DNA from: Patescibacteria group bacterium
GTDB taxonomy: Bacteria; Patescibacteriota; Patescibacteriia; Magasanikbacterales; JBBTQS01
Direction of reading: 5' to 3'
NCBI GenBank assembly: GCA_038065555.1
Contig: JBBTQS010000004.1
Coordinates: forward strand, 65 to 64,064
Length of the DNA stretch: 64,000 nt
This document shows positions 49,363-59,350 of the stretch, piece by piece. Both the position numbers and the translations under genes were made by a program. Under the pieces are notes generated by a model. It did not search any database, was not told where the DNA came from, and saw only the letters and a program-made list of their open reading frames with translations. Each line of letters opens with the position of its first letter. Positions within the stretch are counted from its first letter, which is position 1.

Positions 49363-51456
49363 TTACTCTAAGTGCGCTGCATGCACATTGCGTGTGCGTC
49401 CATACCACAACGTATCGAGCACCTTTGTGACCTCTCCACTCTCTCCAACAAGCGCTTGTGCAATAACAGAACCGCGCTCCAAGAGCGGCGTGTCGGCAAC
49501 CGACGCAACAGTGAATGCGCTATCCCCTGATTGCATATCACCAAAGAGGTCGCCCGGACCGCGAGTATCGAGATCATACTGCGCCAGCACAAACCCATCA
49601 GTGCATCCTGCGAAGAAATCCAGCCGAGCACGCGCAGCCTGTGATGCATTCTCACTCGAAACAAAACAATACGACTGCGCCTCTCCACGACCCACGCGTC
49701 CGCGCAACTGATGCAGTTGGGCAAGGCCGAACCGATGCGCCTCCTCAATGACCATGCAACTCGCATTCGGAATATCTACTCCTACTTCGATGACGGTCGT
49801 TGTCACCAAGAGCATTGTTTCGCGTGCTGCAAAGGCGCGCATCACTTCTTGTTTTTCTTTTGCTTTGAGTTTGCCATGCAGTAATCCCATGGGGATATCT
49901 GTGAACACCTCGGCGCGCAGACGCTCCCACTCTTGGGTTACAGACTTCATCCCAGACGTATCTGCAGCATCAATAGCTGGACACAATACGAACACCTGCC
50001 GCCCAGCCGCAATCTCGCGACGCAGAAATGCATACATCTTCTGTCGTGTGGCACTATCTGCAACAACATGTGTCTTGATCGGTTTGCGCCCCGCAGGTTT
50101 GCTATGCATCGTGGAGATATCGAGATCGCCGTACAACATGAGCGCATACGTACGCGGAATTGGCGTTGCTGTGAGAGACAAGAAATGCGCGCTACCAGTA
50201 CGACTTCCACGATCAAGGAGCGCCTGCCGCTGACGCACACCGAACCGATGCTGCTCATCAACAATAACGAGACCCAACCCTGGCACCGAGAGATCTTCTT
50301 CTATGAGCGCGTGCGTACCCACCACTAATTCATATTTCCCCTCTGCAATCTCCTGCTTGATGCGTTGTTTGTGCTTGGTGCTCCCTGTAAGCAACGCCAT
50401 ACGCACCGGCAATCCATCGAAAAGCCGTGTCAGCGTGCGTGCATGCTGCTCGGCAAGCACTTCCGTAGGCACCATCATGAGTGTTTGGTTGTGATTGAGC
50501 GCCGCGTGCCATGCGGCCGCAGCAGCAACCGCAGTCTTGCCCGATCCCACATCTCCCTGAATCAACCGACGCATAGGATGTGACTCTGCAGTGTCCTGAA
50601 TAATTTTCCAAATCACTTTTTTCTGATCATCAGTGAGTGTGAATGGCAACTGCCCCACAAATCGCTGCATCTCATGTTCAAAAAAATGAAAATCAGGCGC
50701 TGTACTCTTCTTGCGTGTTGCCCGCGCACCAGCCGAGACCACAAGCATCGGCATGATTTCCTCCAATGCGATGCGACGACGCGCGCTCGTGATGTCTTCG
50801 TAGCTGGTCGGCGCATGCAATAGGTGCAATGCCTGCCCCAATGGCACTACATCTGCTTGAGTACGCAACGCCGGTGTGAGCCAATCATGTTGTTGCGTAC
50901 AAAGAGGTAACACCTGCGCGATAAGTGATCGGATGTGACGCACGGTGAGCCCTGCAGTCGTAGAATAGACAGGAACAAGTCTCCCGGTGTGCGTACGCGG
51001 CGCATCAGGTGCTGCCACACGCTCATACTGTGCACCACTGAAGACCAACCCAATGCCATCGAGTTTCACTTCACCCGCAAGCGCGATCGTATCACCTTGC
51101 TTGATCGTCTTCCCGATGAATGGTTGATTGAACCACATCGCGCGCACCGTACCCGTACCATCATCAATAATCGCCTCGGTCACCATCTTGTGCGTGCGCC
51201 ACGACCGACGATTCGTAATCATACTCACCACACCCTGCACAGTCGCTGTCACACCTTCGGTCAACTCCTGCACCGTGACACTCTTCTGAAAATCGTCGTA
51301 CCGAAATGGCACGTGCCACAATAATTCCTCCACTGTAGTGAGGTTCAGGATTGCGAGACGCTTTGCCAACAGCTCTGTAACGCCGCGCAACGCCGTGATA
51401 GGGCTTCGGAGGTTCAATGGGGCTGCCATACCCGGGTATTCTACCGCAGACCGCAA
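49363..51456 (-). CDS. recG: ATP-dependent DNA helicase RecG
   Basis: Wedge domain; helicase motifs GDVGSGKT, DEQH, TATPIPRT. True start may be a few codons internal. Confidence 0.92.
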   Translation of the reverse strand: MRSAVEYPGMAAPLNLRSPITALRGVTELLAKRLAILNLTTVEELLWHVPFRYDDFQKSVTVQELTEGVTATVQGVVSMITNRRSWRTHKMVTEAIIDDGTGTVRAMWFNQPFIGKTIKQGDTIALAGEVKLDGIGLVFSGAQYERVAAPDAPRTHTGRLVPVYSTTAGLTVRHIRSLIAQVLPLCTQQHDWLTPALRTQADVVPLGQALHLLHAPTSYEDITSARRRIALEEIMPMLVVSAGARATRKKSTAPDFHFFEHEMQRFVGQLPFTLTDDQKKVIWKIIQDTAESHPMRRLIQGDVGSGKTAVAAAAAWHAALNHNQTLMMVPTEVLAEQHARTLTRLFDGLPVRMALLTGSTKHKQRIKQEIAEGKYELVVGTHALIEEDLSVPGLGLVIVDEQHRFGVRQRQALLDRGSRTGSAHFLSLTATPIPRTYALMLYGDLDISTMHSKPAGRKPIKTHVVADSATRQKMYAFLRREIAAGRQVFVLCPAIDAADTSGMKSVTQEWERLRAEVFTDIPMGLLHGKLKAKEKQEVMRAFAARETMLLVTTTVIEVGVDIPNASCMVIEEAHRFGLAQLHQLRGRVGRGEAQSYCFVSSENASQAARARLDFFAGCTDGFVLAQYDLDTRGPGDLFGDMQSGDSAFTVASVADTPLLERGSVIAQALVGESGEVTKVLDTLWYGRTRNVHAAHLE

Positions 51457-51498
51457 GGTATTGACTATGGAACGGGCTATCGGTATACTCCCCCCGTA

Positions 51499-51570
51499 GC
51501 AAGAAAAAGCTCTCGTCGTTCAATGGATAGGACACTAGCTTGCGGAGCTAGTAATCTAAGTTCGATTCTT
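51499..51570 (+). tRNA. tRNA-Arg (anticodon GCG), CCA not encoded
   Basis: Hand-folded: acceptor gctctcg/cgagagc, D stem gttc/ggac, anticodon stem ctagc/gctag, loop ttGCGga, T loop ttcgatt, discriminator A. Confidence 0.75.
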
Positions 51571-51600
51571 AGCGAGAGCACATTTTCCATAGATTGTACC

Positions 51601-51635
51601 CATATACCGTCGAACCCCTAGGGGTTTCGCGTGAT
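51601..51635 (+). terminator. palindromic hairpin after tRNA-Arg
   Basis: cgaaccccta ggggtttcg then gtgatcttgtt. Confidence 0.4.
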
Positions 51636-51737
51636 CTTGTTATACTTGACGCTCGTACAAAAACACGATACGTTGCAAGCGCTATCTGGATAGTGTGTCC
51701 AGATATACTCTCGAACCTGAGCAAGGAGGGTAGCACC

Positions 51738-52118
51738 ATGAGCACTCAGACGGTTCTCGATCCAGAGCGCGTGGACGCCATCTTCACAGAATGCCTCATA
51801 CGTGCCGACGAGGATTCAAGCAGTTGCGTCACGATCGATGGCATAGATGTGAGGGTAGTGTTCCACCCCGAACGTCTCCAAGAACACAAGGATGAGATCG
51901 TGGCAATGCTCGATGAGCTCCCTGAGGAGTTCAAGCGGTCCGGTGGGTCGTTTCTCAATGCGTGCAACGACAGACACAACAACCAGTGGACGAGCCTCCA
52001 CCGACAAATGGAGGCACTCTTCCTACTCGGCATCGGAATCAACAGGGTCCAATACCTGTTACCCAGAGAGGAGTGGCAGTTCCTGCTGGGTGGAATGCCG
52101 TTTCTCGTAATCAACTGA
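51738..52118 (+). CDS. hypothetical protein (126 aa)
   Basis: AAGGAGG upstream of ATG. Preceded by TATACT -10 overlapping a 7-bp-arm palindrome atctgga...tccagat. Confidence 0.5.
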   Translation: MSTQTVLDPERVDAIFTECLIRADEDSSSCVTIDGIDVRVVFHPERLQEHKDEIVAMLDELPEEFKRSGGSFLNACNDRHNNQWTSLHRQMEALFLLGIGINRVQYLLPREEWQFLLGGMPFLVIN

Positions 52119-52134
52119 CACACAGGAGATCTCC

Positions 52135-52398
52135 ATGCCTTCGCAAGGCCACATTGATCGCGTTGCTCCTCCGGGGCAGTTCCGAGTCCTCGTCCGGGAC
52201 ATTTCGCCAACAACTCCACCACAGCGTGGTGCGAAGCCAGTCCCCAACACCGACGGCCCCAACTGGAGAGGTGGAGACTTCAAGACGTTCGATGGAGCAA
52301 GCCGCTACATCAACGTCAACGGGGCTGGCAAACCCCATCTCGTGATGGTCATCTACAACGACGCGGGCGAAGAAGTCCCGCGCGAACAACGCAGCTGA
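52135..52398 (+). CDS. hypothetical small protein (87 aa)
   Basis: AGGAG 6 nt before ATG; 17 nt after the upstream stop, so likely co-transcribed. Confidence 0.45.
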   Translation: MPSQGHIDRVAPPGQFRVLVRDISPTTPPQRGAKPVPNTDGPNWRGGDFKTFDGASRYINVNGAGKPHLVMVIYNDAGEEVPREQRS

Positions 52399-52419
52399 CT
52401 GGTACCAACCAGAACGCAG

Positions 52420-52458
52420 AACCCCGCAATGACGACACGTCGTTGCGGGGTTTCCAAT
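52420..52458 (+). terminator. rho-independent terminator
   Basis: accccgcaatgacg acac cgtcgttgcgggg then tttcc...ttatttttt. Confidence 0.65.
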
Positions 52459-52463
52459 TACAC

Positions 52464-52874
52464 TTATTTTTTCCTGCGCGCAACACTCACGAGTGCGAGG
52501 AGTATCACCACAAATGCGACCAGTCCCAGCAGCGGAATCGTCACAAACCCCATCATCTCCACACGCTCAGTGGTACAGCTCACCGCGCGAACACACAGTG
52601 CACGCGTATCAGGCAACAGGCCGAAATACAGCGCATTGTGATACAGCGAAATCAAGAATCCAACACCTGCCAGCGGCAACGCATACCACACCACTCCCCG
52701 ATCTCGCCGCACCAATCCAACACCAAGAATGATGACCAACGGAAAGAGCGCGATGCGCTGATACCAACACAATATACAAGGCGGGAGTCCCATGCCATAT
52801 TGCACGAATAGACTCCCAAGCATCGCAACAACACTCTGCACAAGCGCAATCCACACACCCACGCGTTGTGACAT
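52464..52874 (-). CDS. dsbB: disulfide bond formation protein B (DsbB/BdbC family)
   Basis: Four TM helices, CILCWYQR first Cys pair, second pair in the CVRAVSC loop. Confidence 0.8.
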   Translation of the reverse strand: MSQRVGVWIALVQSVVAMLGSLFVQYGMGLPPCILCWYQRIALFPLVIILGVGLVRRDRGVVWYALPLAGVGFLISLYHNALYFGLLPDTRALCVRAVSCTTERVEMMGFVTIPLLGLVAFVVILLALVSVARRKK

Positions 52875-52876
52875 AC

Positions 52877-53410
52877 CTAGATACCAATCCAGCGGCTGAA
52901 CCGATCAGTAAACGGCACGTGATAATCTTCGTTCTCGTCTTCGGGAATAAATTCAGAAAGCACTTCACGCACATCATCTACCGCATCTAACGAGATGGGT
53001 ACTGCAAATCGTGGACGCCATGCACCACGATAATCGAAGTAAATAAACGCCGGAGTCTTGTCATCCTCGCCACCAACTACCCAGAACCGACTCAACCGCG
53101 CATACGGAACCACGCGTTCGTCCAAAAACAAACCGCGAGCTGTAAGGCCAAATTGAATGGTCTTAGGCTCGCGGATTTCATGCATAACAATGATGGCTAC
53201 GAGCAACACCGTCAAAACGGCGAGGACGTAGTTGTGCACATAGATTGAGTAACCGATTGCACCCAACGAAATGAGGGTGATGAGTACATACCACATGCGA
53301 CCATGTGTGTACTTGTGATACTCAGGAATATCCCACTGCAAAATCGCAGCATCGCGGACATTCTCTTCTTCCGTTGGATCGAGCAATTCTTGGTCCTCCA
53401 TATGGACCAT
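52877..53410 (-). CDS. hypothetical membrane protein (two TM helices)
   Basis: 177 aa, TM pair in the middle; tightly linked to dsbB. Confidence 0.55.
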   Translation of the reverse strand: MVHMEDQELLDPTEEENVRDAAILQWDIPEYHKYTHGRMWYVLITLISLGAIGYSIYVHNYVLAVLTVLLVAIIVMHEIREPKTIQFGLTARGLFLDERVVPYARLSRFWVVGGEDDKTPAFIYFDYRGAWRPRFAVPISLDAVDDVREVLSEFIPEDENEDYHVPFTDRFSRWIGI

Positions 53411-53440
53411 AGTATACCAGAACTGCGCCCGAGTGTGCTA

Positions 53441-55252
53441 CTACTTGATGCCGAGCTGTGCGCGGCGAGCATCACCTTCGTCGAGAATGATCTTGCGGAT
53501 GCGCACGTTCTTCGGCGTAACTTCTACCCACTCGTCATCAGCAATGTATTCGAGTGCTGCTTCGAGATTCATTTCACGTGGCGTCTTGAAGTTGTCTGCA
53601 ACGCCGTCACCCTTGGAGCGCATGTTGCTGAGCTGCTTCATCTTGCACACGTTAATGCGCAAATCGTCATTACGGGAATACTGACCAACGACCATTCCCT
53701 TATATACCGAAATGGTTGGGCCGTAGAACAATGTTCCACGATCTTGTGCACCAATGAGACCATGCAATGTAGTAACACCTGTTTCGTGTGCAACCAATGA
53801 TCCCTGTTCGCGCTCATGCCACTTGCCTGGATCTGGCTGGTATCCATGGAACGCGGTATTGATGATGCCGAATCCTCGCGTGTCTGTAAGGAATTCTGTG
53901 CGGTATCCGAAGAGTCCACGAGTTGGAATAACGAACTCGAGGAACGTAATACCATTCTCCGTACGCATTTCACGCAATTCTCCGTAGCGGCTGCCGAGCT
54001 TCTGGATCACCGAGCCACCATAGGCTTCTGGAGTCTCCACAAATACTTGCTCGTATGGCGTCATGTTCACGCCGTCGATTGTCTTGTTGATCACGTGTGG
54101 ACGTGATACTTGGAATTCATATCCTTCGCGACGCATGCGCTCGATGAGAATCGAGAGATGCAATTCACCACGACCAGAAACAATCCAGTTATTTCCTTCA
54201 CCATCCACCACACGAAGCGCCATGTCATTCTCGAGCTCTCGGTAGAGACGCTCGCGAATCTGACGTGACGTTGTGAACTCACCTTCCTTACCAGCAAATG
54301 GCGAGTCATTCACCATGAACACCATTTTCACCGTTGGCTCTTCGATGGAGAGAAGTGGGAGTGCAACAGGCGTGTTCACGTCAGCAAGTGTTTCACCAAT
54401 AGTAACCTCTGGAATACCAGCAATTGCAACAATGTCACCAGCTTGTGCCTCAGTCACGTCGACGCGCTGGAGTCCTTCGAAGGACATGAGCGACACAATG
54501 CGCTGCTTCTTCATCACACCTTCACGGTTGATGTGCATGACATCCTGGTTGAGCTTGAGTACACCGTTGATTACACGACCTGTTGCGATGCGGCCCTTGT
54601 ACACGTCACCTGTTACCATCGTAATGTGCATCTGGAGTGGCTTGGTAATATCGCAACCAGGAGCTGGAATGTGCTTGAGAATTGCATCGAAGATCGGACT
54701 GATATCCGTCATCGTGTCGAGATTCTGCTCAAGTCCTGCCTTACCATTCTTCGCCGAGGCGAACACGACTGGGAAATCTGCGATCTCGTCATTTGCACCG
54801 AGCTCGAGGAAGAGTTCGAGTGTTTTGTCGAGTACGTAGTTGATGCGTGCGTCTGGTTTGTCGATCTTGTTGACAACAACCACAACGCGCAATCCCATCT
54901 TGAGCGCTTTCTTGAGCACGAAGCGTGTCTGTGGCATCGGACCTTCCTTCGCGTCCACGAGCAAGAGACAGCCGTCAGCCATCGTCAATACGCGCTCTAC
55001 TTCACCACCGAAGTCTGCGTGACCTGGTGTGTCAATGATGTTGATCTTCGCACCATTCCACTGCACCGAAGCATTTTTGGAAAAAATCGTAATACCGCGT
55101 TCCTTTTCAAGATCATTGTTGTCCATGATGAGATCCTTGCCCTCGGTTTCCTTGGTGAGCTTGGTCTTGGACTGACGCAGCAATGCATCCACGAGCGTGG
55201 TTTTGCCGTGGTCTACGTGAGCGATGATTGCGACGTTGCGGATTTCTGCCAT
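53441..55252 (-). CDS. typA: translational GTPase TypA/BipA
   Basis: [23 protein letters not shown]1 motif, [12 protein letters not shown]; EF-G-like domain order. Confidence 0.93.
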   Translation of the reverse strand: MAEIRNVAIIAHVDHGKTTLVDALLRQSKTKLTKETEGKDLIMDNNDLEKERGITIFSKNASVQWNGAKINIIDTPGHADFGGEVERVLTMADGCLLLVDAKEGPMPQTRFVLKKALKMGLRVVVVVNKIDKPDARINYVLDKTLELFLELGANDEIADFPVVFASAKNGKAGLEQNLDTMTDISPIFDAILKHIPAPGCDITKPLQMHITMVTGDVYKGRIATGRVINGVLKLNQDVMHINREGVMKKQRIVSLMSFEGLQRVDVTEAQAGDIVAIAGIPEVTIGETLADVNTPVALPLLSIEEPTVKMVFMVNDSPFAGKEGEFTTSRQIRERLYRELENDMALRVVDGEGNNWIVSGRGELHLSILIERMRREGYEFQVSRPHVINKTIDGVNMTPYEQVFVETPEAYGGSVIQKLGSRYGELREMRTENGITFLEFVIPTRGLFGYRTEFLTDTRGFGIINTAFHGYQPDPGKWHEREQGSLVAHETGVTTLHGLIGAQDRGTLFYGPTISVYKGMVVGQYSRNDDLRINVCKMKQLSNMRSKGDGVADNFKTPREMNLEAALEYIADDEWVEVTPKNVRIRKIILDEGDARRAQLGIK

Positions 55253-55313
55253 ACGATTGATATATACAAAAGGCGCCATTAGCGCCTCACAGTGGCAGCA
55301 CTATAGCAATTTT

Positions 55314-56570
55314 CTATAAAAGATACAAGAGGGCGATGGCCGACGCACCCATGAAGAGACAGATCACCCACCCAAGGACATTCGAAAACAGCGAATTTGT
55401 GTGAGATTTCATGATCTTGCGGTTGCTGGAGATGAGCAAAATCACCACGAGGAGGATCGGCGCCGCCATCCCGTTGAAAATCGCGGTATAGTAGAGCATT
55501 TTGAATGGTGGAATACCAACGAAATTCACAAGGAGTCCCACGAGCGTTGCAAGAACAATCACGCCGTAGAATCCTTCTGCTTGGCGCCAAGTGCGTGCAA
55601 GCCCCGTGTGCCAGCCAAACGTCTCAGACACAGCATAAGATGCAGAACCTGCAAGGACAGGAACCGCAAGAAGTCCTGTGCCGATAATACCAATGGCGAA
55701 GAGAAGCGTTGCAAGTTCACCAGCGATAGGCGCCAACGCTCTTGCGGCCTGATCTGCTGTCTCGATCTGCGTAATGCCATTGGCGTTGAGCGTCACCGCT
55801 GTTGCAACAATGATGAAGAACATCACAATGTTGGAGAAGAACATACCGATGACAGTGTCCCAACGCATCGATGTGATGTCATTCTCCGTAACACGTGGCG
55901 CGCGTTGCGCACCAGGCAACAACTTGTGCTGCGCAATCGCCTCTTCTACTTCTTCATCAGCCTGCCAGAAGAAGAGGTATGGTGAGATCGTTGTACCAAG
56001 CAGCGCCACGAGCATCATCACAAATTCCTTCGACCACGTAATATGTGGAACAAAGGTATGCGTGAGCACCACAGCCCAATCCACTTTCACAGCGAACACT
56101 ACTGCGACGTACGCGAAGAGTGCTAGCGTAAGCCACTTCAATACTTTTGCGTATGTGCTATAGGTGAGGAAGATCACCAATCCCAACACGATCGCTGTGA
56201 GCAGTATCAAACACCAGACAAATGGCAACCCTGTCACCATCTCCGCAGCTGACGCCATCGCCCCCAAGTCTGCGCCGATATTGACCGTATTTGCGAGCAC
56301 GAGCAAAAAAACACAACTATACAAAATCCACTTCGGATAATGAATACGCATCACTGCCGCAAGCCCCTTCCCAGTCACCATACCAATGCGACCACACATT
56401 TCCTGCACCACCGTCATGAATGGAAATGTGAAGAGCGCCACCCACAGTGTGGAGAATCCAAATTGTGCTCCTGCTTGCGAATAGGTACCGATACCTGATG
56501 GATCATCATCTGATGCACCTGTGATGAATCCTGGTCCGAGAATGCGAAGGAACTTTTTGAAGCGACTCAT
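55314..56570 (-). CDS. mntH: Nramp-family divalent metal (Mn2+/Fe2+) transporter
   Basis: GPGFITGASDDDPSGIGTYSQAGAQFGFSTLW Nramp signature; 11 TM helices. Confidence 0.85.
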   Translation of the reverse strand: MSRFKKFLRILGPGFITGASDDDPSGIGTYSQAGAQFGFSTLWVALFTFPFMTVVQEMCGRIGMVTGKGLAAVMRIHYPKWILYSCVFLLVLANTVNIGADLGAMASAAEMVTGLPFVWCLILLTAIVLGLVIFLTYSTYAKVLKWLTLALFAYVAVVFAVKVDWAVVLTHTFVPHITWSKEFVMMLVALLGTTISPYLFFWQADEEVEEAIAQHKLLPGAQRAPRVTENDITSMRWDTVIGMFFSNIVMFFIIVATAVTLNANGITQIETADQAARALAPIAGELATLLFAIGIIGTGLLAVPVLAGSASYAVSETFGWHTGLARTWRQAEGFYGVIVLATLVGLLVNFVGIPPFKMLYYTAIFNGMAAPILLVVILLISSNRKIMKSHTNSLFSNVLGWVICLFMGASAIALLYLL

Positions 56571-58327
56571 ACGATTTTGTTGGGTGCTGCGTCAGGCAAC
56601 AGCCCGTTTGATTGTAATGCTACCATGGAGCGATACAGTGTGCAGCTCTTCAGGAGTTCATCATGTGTTCCCTGCGCCTCAATGCGACCCTTATTCACCA
56701 CAAAAATCCGATCTACTGCGCGAATTGTCGAGAGACGATGCGCAATGATCACCGCCGTCTTCCCTTCGATGAGCGAAGACACGCTCTGTTGAATCGCACG
56801 TTCTGTAATTGAGTCGAGCGCTGATGTTGCCTCGTCGAGAATGACAATGTTCGCGTTCTTGAGTACTGCACGCGCGATCATGACGCGTTGTTTCTCTCCG
56901 CCGGAGAGATGTACACCACGCTCACCTACTACCGTCTTGAGGCCTTTCTTTTGCGCTGCAACAAATTCCGTGAGCGAGGCACGATCAATCGCGGTATTCA
57001 CTGCTGCGCTTGTCGCACGCAGATTCCCATACTTCACATTATACGCAAGCGACTCATGGAAGAGCATGTTCTCCTGCCAGACCATTGCAAGATGCGAGCG
57101 AAAATTATCATAGTTCCAATCAGACAATGACACACCATCGAGCGTCACCACACCTGACTTCGGATCGTAGAATCGAGCTAGGAGTTGCGCAATCGTAGAC
57201 TTACCTGCGCCCGACGGACCAACCAGCGCAACATGCTCACCTGGTTGGATGGTGAACGTAACATTACGAAGTACTGGTTTGTTGTCGTAGGAGAACGTAA
57301 CATTGCGCATTGCCAATGCACCATGCACTTGATTTTGCTCATGCGTACCACCACCTGAAGCAATCGTCTCAGGTGCTGCAGCAAGTTGCTTGAATTTATT
57401 CCAATCAATGATGTTCTTCTGTAGGTTCTGCAACTCAGTGACGAATGATCGCACAGGCGCAGTCAGGAAGCTCACGAACCCCATGAACATAAAGAACGTT
57501 CCCAGCGTGACTGAGCCATTGAGCATAAGTGGCACTCCAACCACTGCGAGAAGCAATCGCACAAACATGTCGATATCAAACATCTTTGCCATCGCCCAAT
57601 AGACATTGGTTCGAATCTGCAACTCCATCGCATGATGCAACGTGGAACCAATCCGCTGTACCTCGTGCGATTCACGTGCAAACAACTTCACCGCAAATAC
57701 GTTTTGCAACACGTCGCCAATCATACCAAACGATCGTGTCCACAACTTCCGCGCCTGATTCGCTTGTGCATCAGCTACACGATACGTGTACCACAAAATC
57801 GCCCCTTGTATCGGAAGCGCGATAAGGATCGTGAGCGCAAGTTGCCAACTGAACCACAACGACGCACTCAAAATCACCACAAACCCAAGCGCACCTGGTA
57901 ACAAATCATTGTACAGCTGCGCGTTTTGCGACCACAGCGCCTCGTGTGACTGATAGAGAACTGAGCTCACCTCTCCACCTTTTTTCTGATTGAACAGCGA
58001 AATGTTTTTTCCGAAGAGTTTTTGCAACGACGCTACATATATTTTCGCGTACTCCCGATTCATGAACGTCCACGATCCGTAGAATTGCAACGCGATCAAA
58101 ACAGATCCGAGTGCATTTGCTGCAACCCACCACCCAAGCGCTATCCACACCGGAGTAACCGGCGCTGCTATTGTGACACTCGCAATAATGCCATCAACAA
58201 TGCGGCCCATGTAATATGGACCAAGAAATGCGACTGATACACCACCTACCAGCGCTACGAGGTAGAGCGCACTCATCGCAGGACTATTGCGTAGGCTTGG
58301 AAAGAACTTTTTGTACAACTCCCACAT
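56567..58327 (-). CDS. ABC transporter fused permease/ATP-binding protein (exporter type)
   Basis: Six TM helices plus NBD: Walker A GPSGAGKST, LSGGEKQRVMIARA, ILDEATSALD. Confidence 0.88.
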   Translation of the reverse strand: MWELYKKFFPSLRNSPAMSALYLVALVGGVSVAFLGPYYMGRIVDGIIASVTIAAPVTPVWIALGWWVAANALGSVLIALQFYGSWTFMNREYAKIYVASLQKLFGKNISLFNQKKGGEVSSVLYQSHEALWSQNAQLYNDLLPGALGFVVILSASLWFSWQLALTILIALPIQGAILWYTYRVADAQANQARKLWTRSFGMIGDVLQNVFAVKLFARESHEVQRIGSTLHHAMELQIRTNVYWAMAKMFDIDMFVRLLLAVVGVPLMLNGSVTLGTFFMFMGFVSFLTAPVRSFVTELQNLQKNIIDWNKFKQLAAAPETIASGGGTHEQNQVHGALAMRNVTFSYDNKPVLRNVTFTIQPGEHVALVGPSGAGKSTIAQLLARFYDPKSGVVTLDGVSLSDWNYDNFRSHLAMVWQENMLFHESLAYNVKYGNLRATSAAVNTAIDRASLTEFVAAQKKGLKTVVGERGVHLSGGEKQRVMIARAVLKNANIVILDEATSALDSITERAIQQSVSSLIEGKTAVIIAHRLSTIRAVDRIFVVNKGRIEAQGTHDELLKSCTLYRSMVALQSNGLLPDAAPNKIV

Positions 58328-58333
58328 AGGGAC

Positions 58334-58726
58334 TTACGAATCTTTTTTCTGAAATTTCAGCGCTGCCGAATTAATACAAAATCGCTCGCCAGTCTCTGTT
58401 GGTCCATCCTTGAAGACGTGACCGAGGTGCCCGCCACAGTGCGGACAGAGTACTTCCACGCGTTCCATGCCGTGCGACGCATCGGATTGTAACCGCACTG
58501 CATCTAGCGCTACCGAACGATCAAAAGCTGGCCACCCACATCCGGAATTGAACTTCGCATCTGATGCAAAGACTGCTGCACCACACCCCGCGCACTGATA
58601 CTCTCCCGGCTCGAAGAGCTCATCATACTCACCAGTGAACGGCGCCTCAGTTCCCTTCTCGCGCAAAATACGAAACTGCTCTGGCGTGAGTGATGCGCGC
58701 CATTCTTGTTCTGATTTTTCACGCAT
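58334..58726 (-). CDS. msrB: peptide-methionine (R)-S-oxide reductase
   Basis: Two CxxC zinc pairs, GCGWPAF motif, catalytic HLGHVF. Confidence 0.92.
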   Translation of the reverse strand: MREKSEQEWRASLTPEQFRILREKGTEAPFTGEYDELFEPGEYQCAGCGAAVFASDAKFNSGCGWPAFDRSVALDAVRLQSDASHGMERVEVLCPHCGGHLGHVFKDGPTETGERFCINSAALKFQKKDS

Positions 58727-58819
58727 AGTGCCACTAGTATATCATGCAGAACAAAAAAAGATGACCCGCCGGCGTTGAAGCGCGCGGCGGGCCAGTTGAA
58801 CACACGATGGTGTCGTCTC

Positions 58820-59251
58820 CTACAGAAGCCGCAGCTCCCGCATGTTGCGCGGAAATTTCCAGGACTCGCACGTGAGCCCTGTCTCAATCCGCGACATCCA
58901 CTTCCTCGTGATCTCATCGGTCGGTTCGACGACGAGATCCAGATGGTAGCACCGCCTCAGTGGTGGTGCTTGGACGCTTGTTCTCAGAACCCTCAGTCGC
59001 GGAGCAACGTCCTTGACGATACTCCACATGAATGGAAGATATCCACCACTCTTCAATGGATAGGGCAGATACACCCCCTTCCACGTCTCCACCTCCTTTT
59101 GCGAAATGATCCGGTCTGGCTCGAAGATGAGCTTGAGACCGGAGAGTTGCTTGTCGAACGTGACCACAATCACGCCCCATTGGTTTGGGCTCGTCACACG
59201 AATCCCCGCCTCGTTGCCGCGCACATCTCGTGCAGCAATTACGGTCGGCAT
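58820..59251 (-). CDS. hypothetical protein (143 aa)
   Basis: Strong RBS GGGAGGAGAAGAGG 2 nt before ATG. Protein-like composition. Lies antisense to the non-coding 5' extension of the ORF-track 58775-61042 call. Confidence 0.5.
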   Translation of the reverse strand: MPTVIAARDVRGNEAGIRVTSPNQWGVIVVTFDKQLSGLKLIFEPDRIISQKEVETWKGVYLPYPLKSGGYLPFMWSIVKDVAPRLRVLRTSVQAPPLRRCYHLDLVVEPTDEITRKWMSRIETGLTCESWKFPRNMRELRLL

Positions 59252-59350
59252 CGCCTCTTCTCCTCCCTGCGTTCACACCCGGAGCGCAAGTGTGGTATAC
59301 TATCGCCAATCAAACATTTTGTCAAGTATTACTTGCGTAATCATTTCTCT

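Noticed and set aside
51571-52458. tRNA-adjacent cassette as an integrated mobile element
   Set aside because: No integrase/recombinase gene and no direct repeat of the tRNA 3' end. Kept only as an interesting small cassette, not called a mobile element.
58775-59350. N-terminal 190 codons of the 755-aa ORF call
   Set aside because: Non-protein-like composition. A better minus-strand gene with a strong RBS occupies the region. The plausible start is at 59351.
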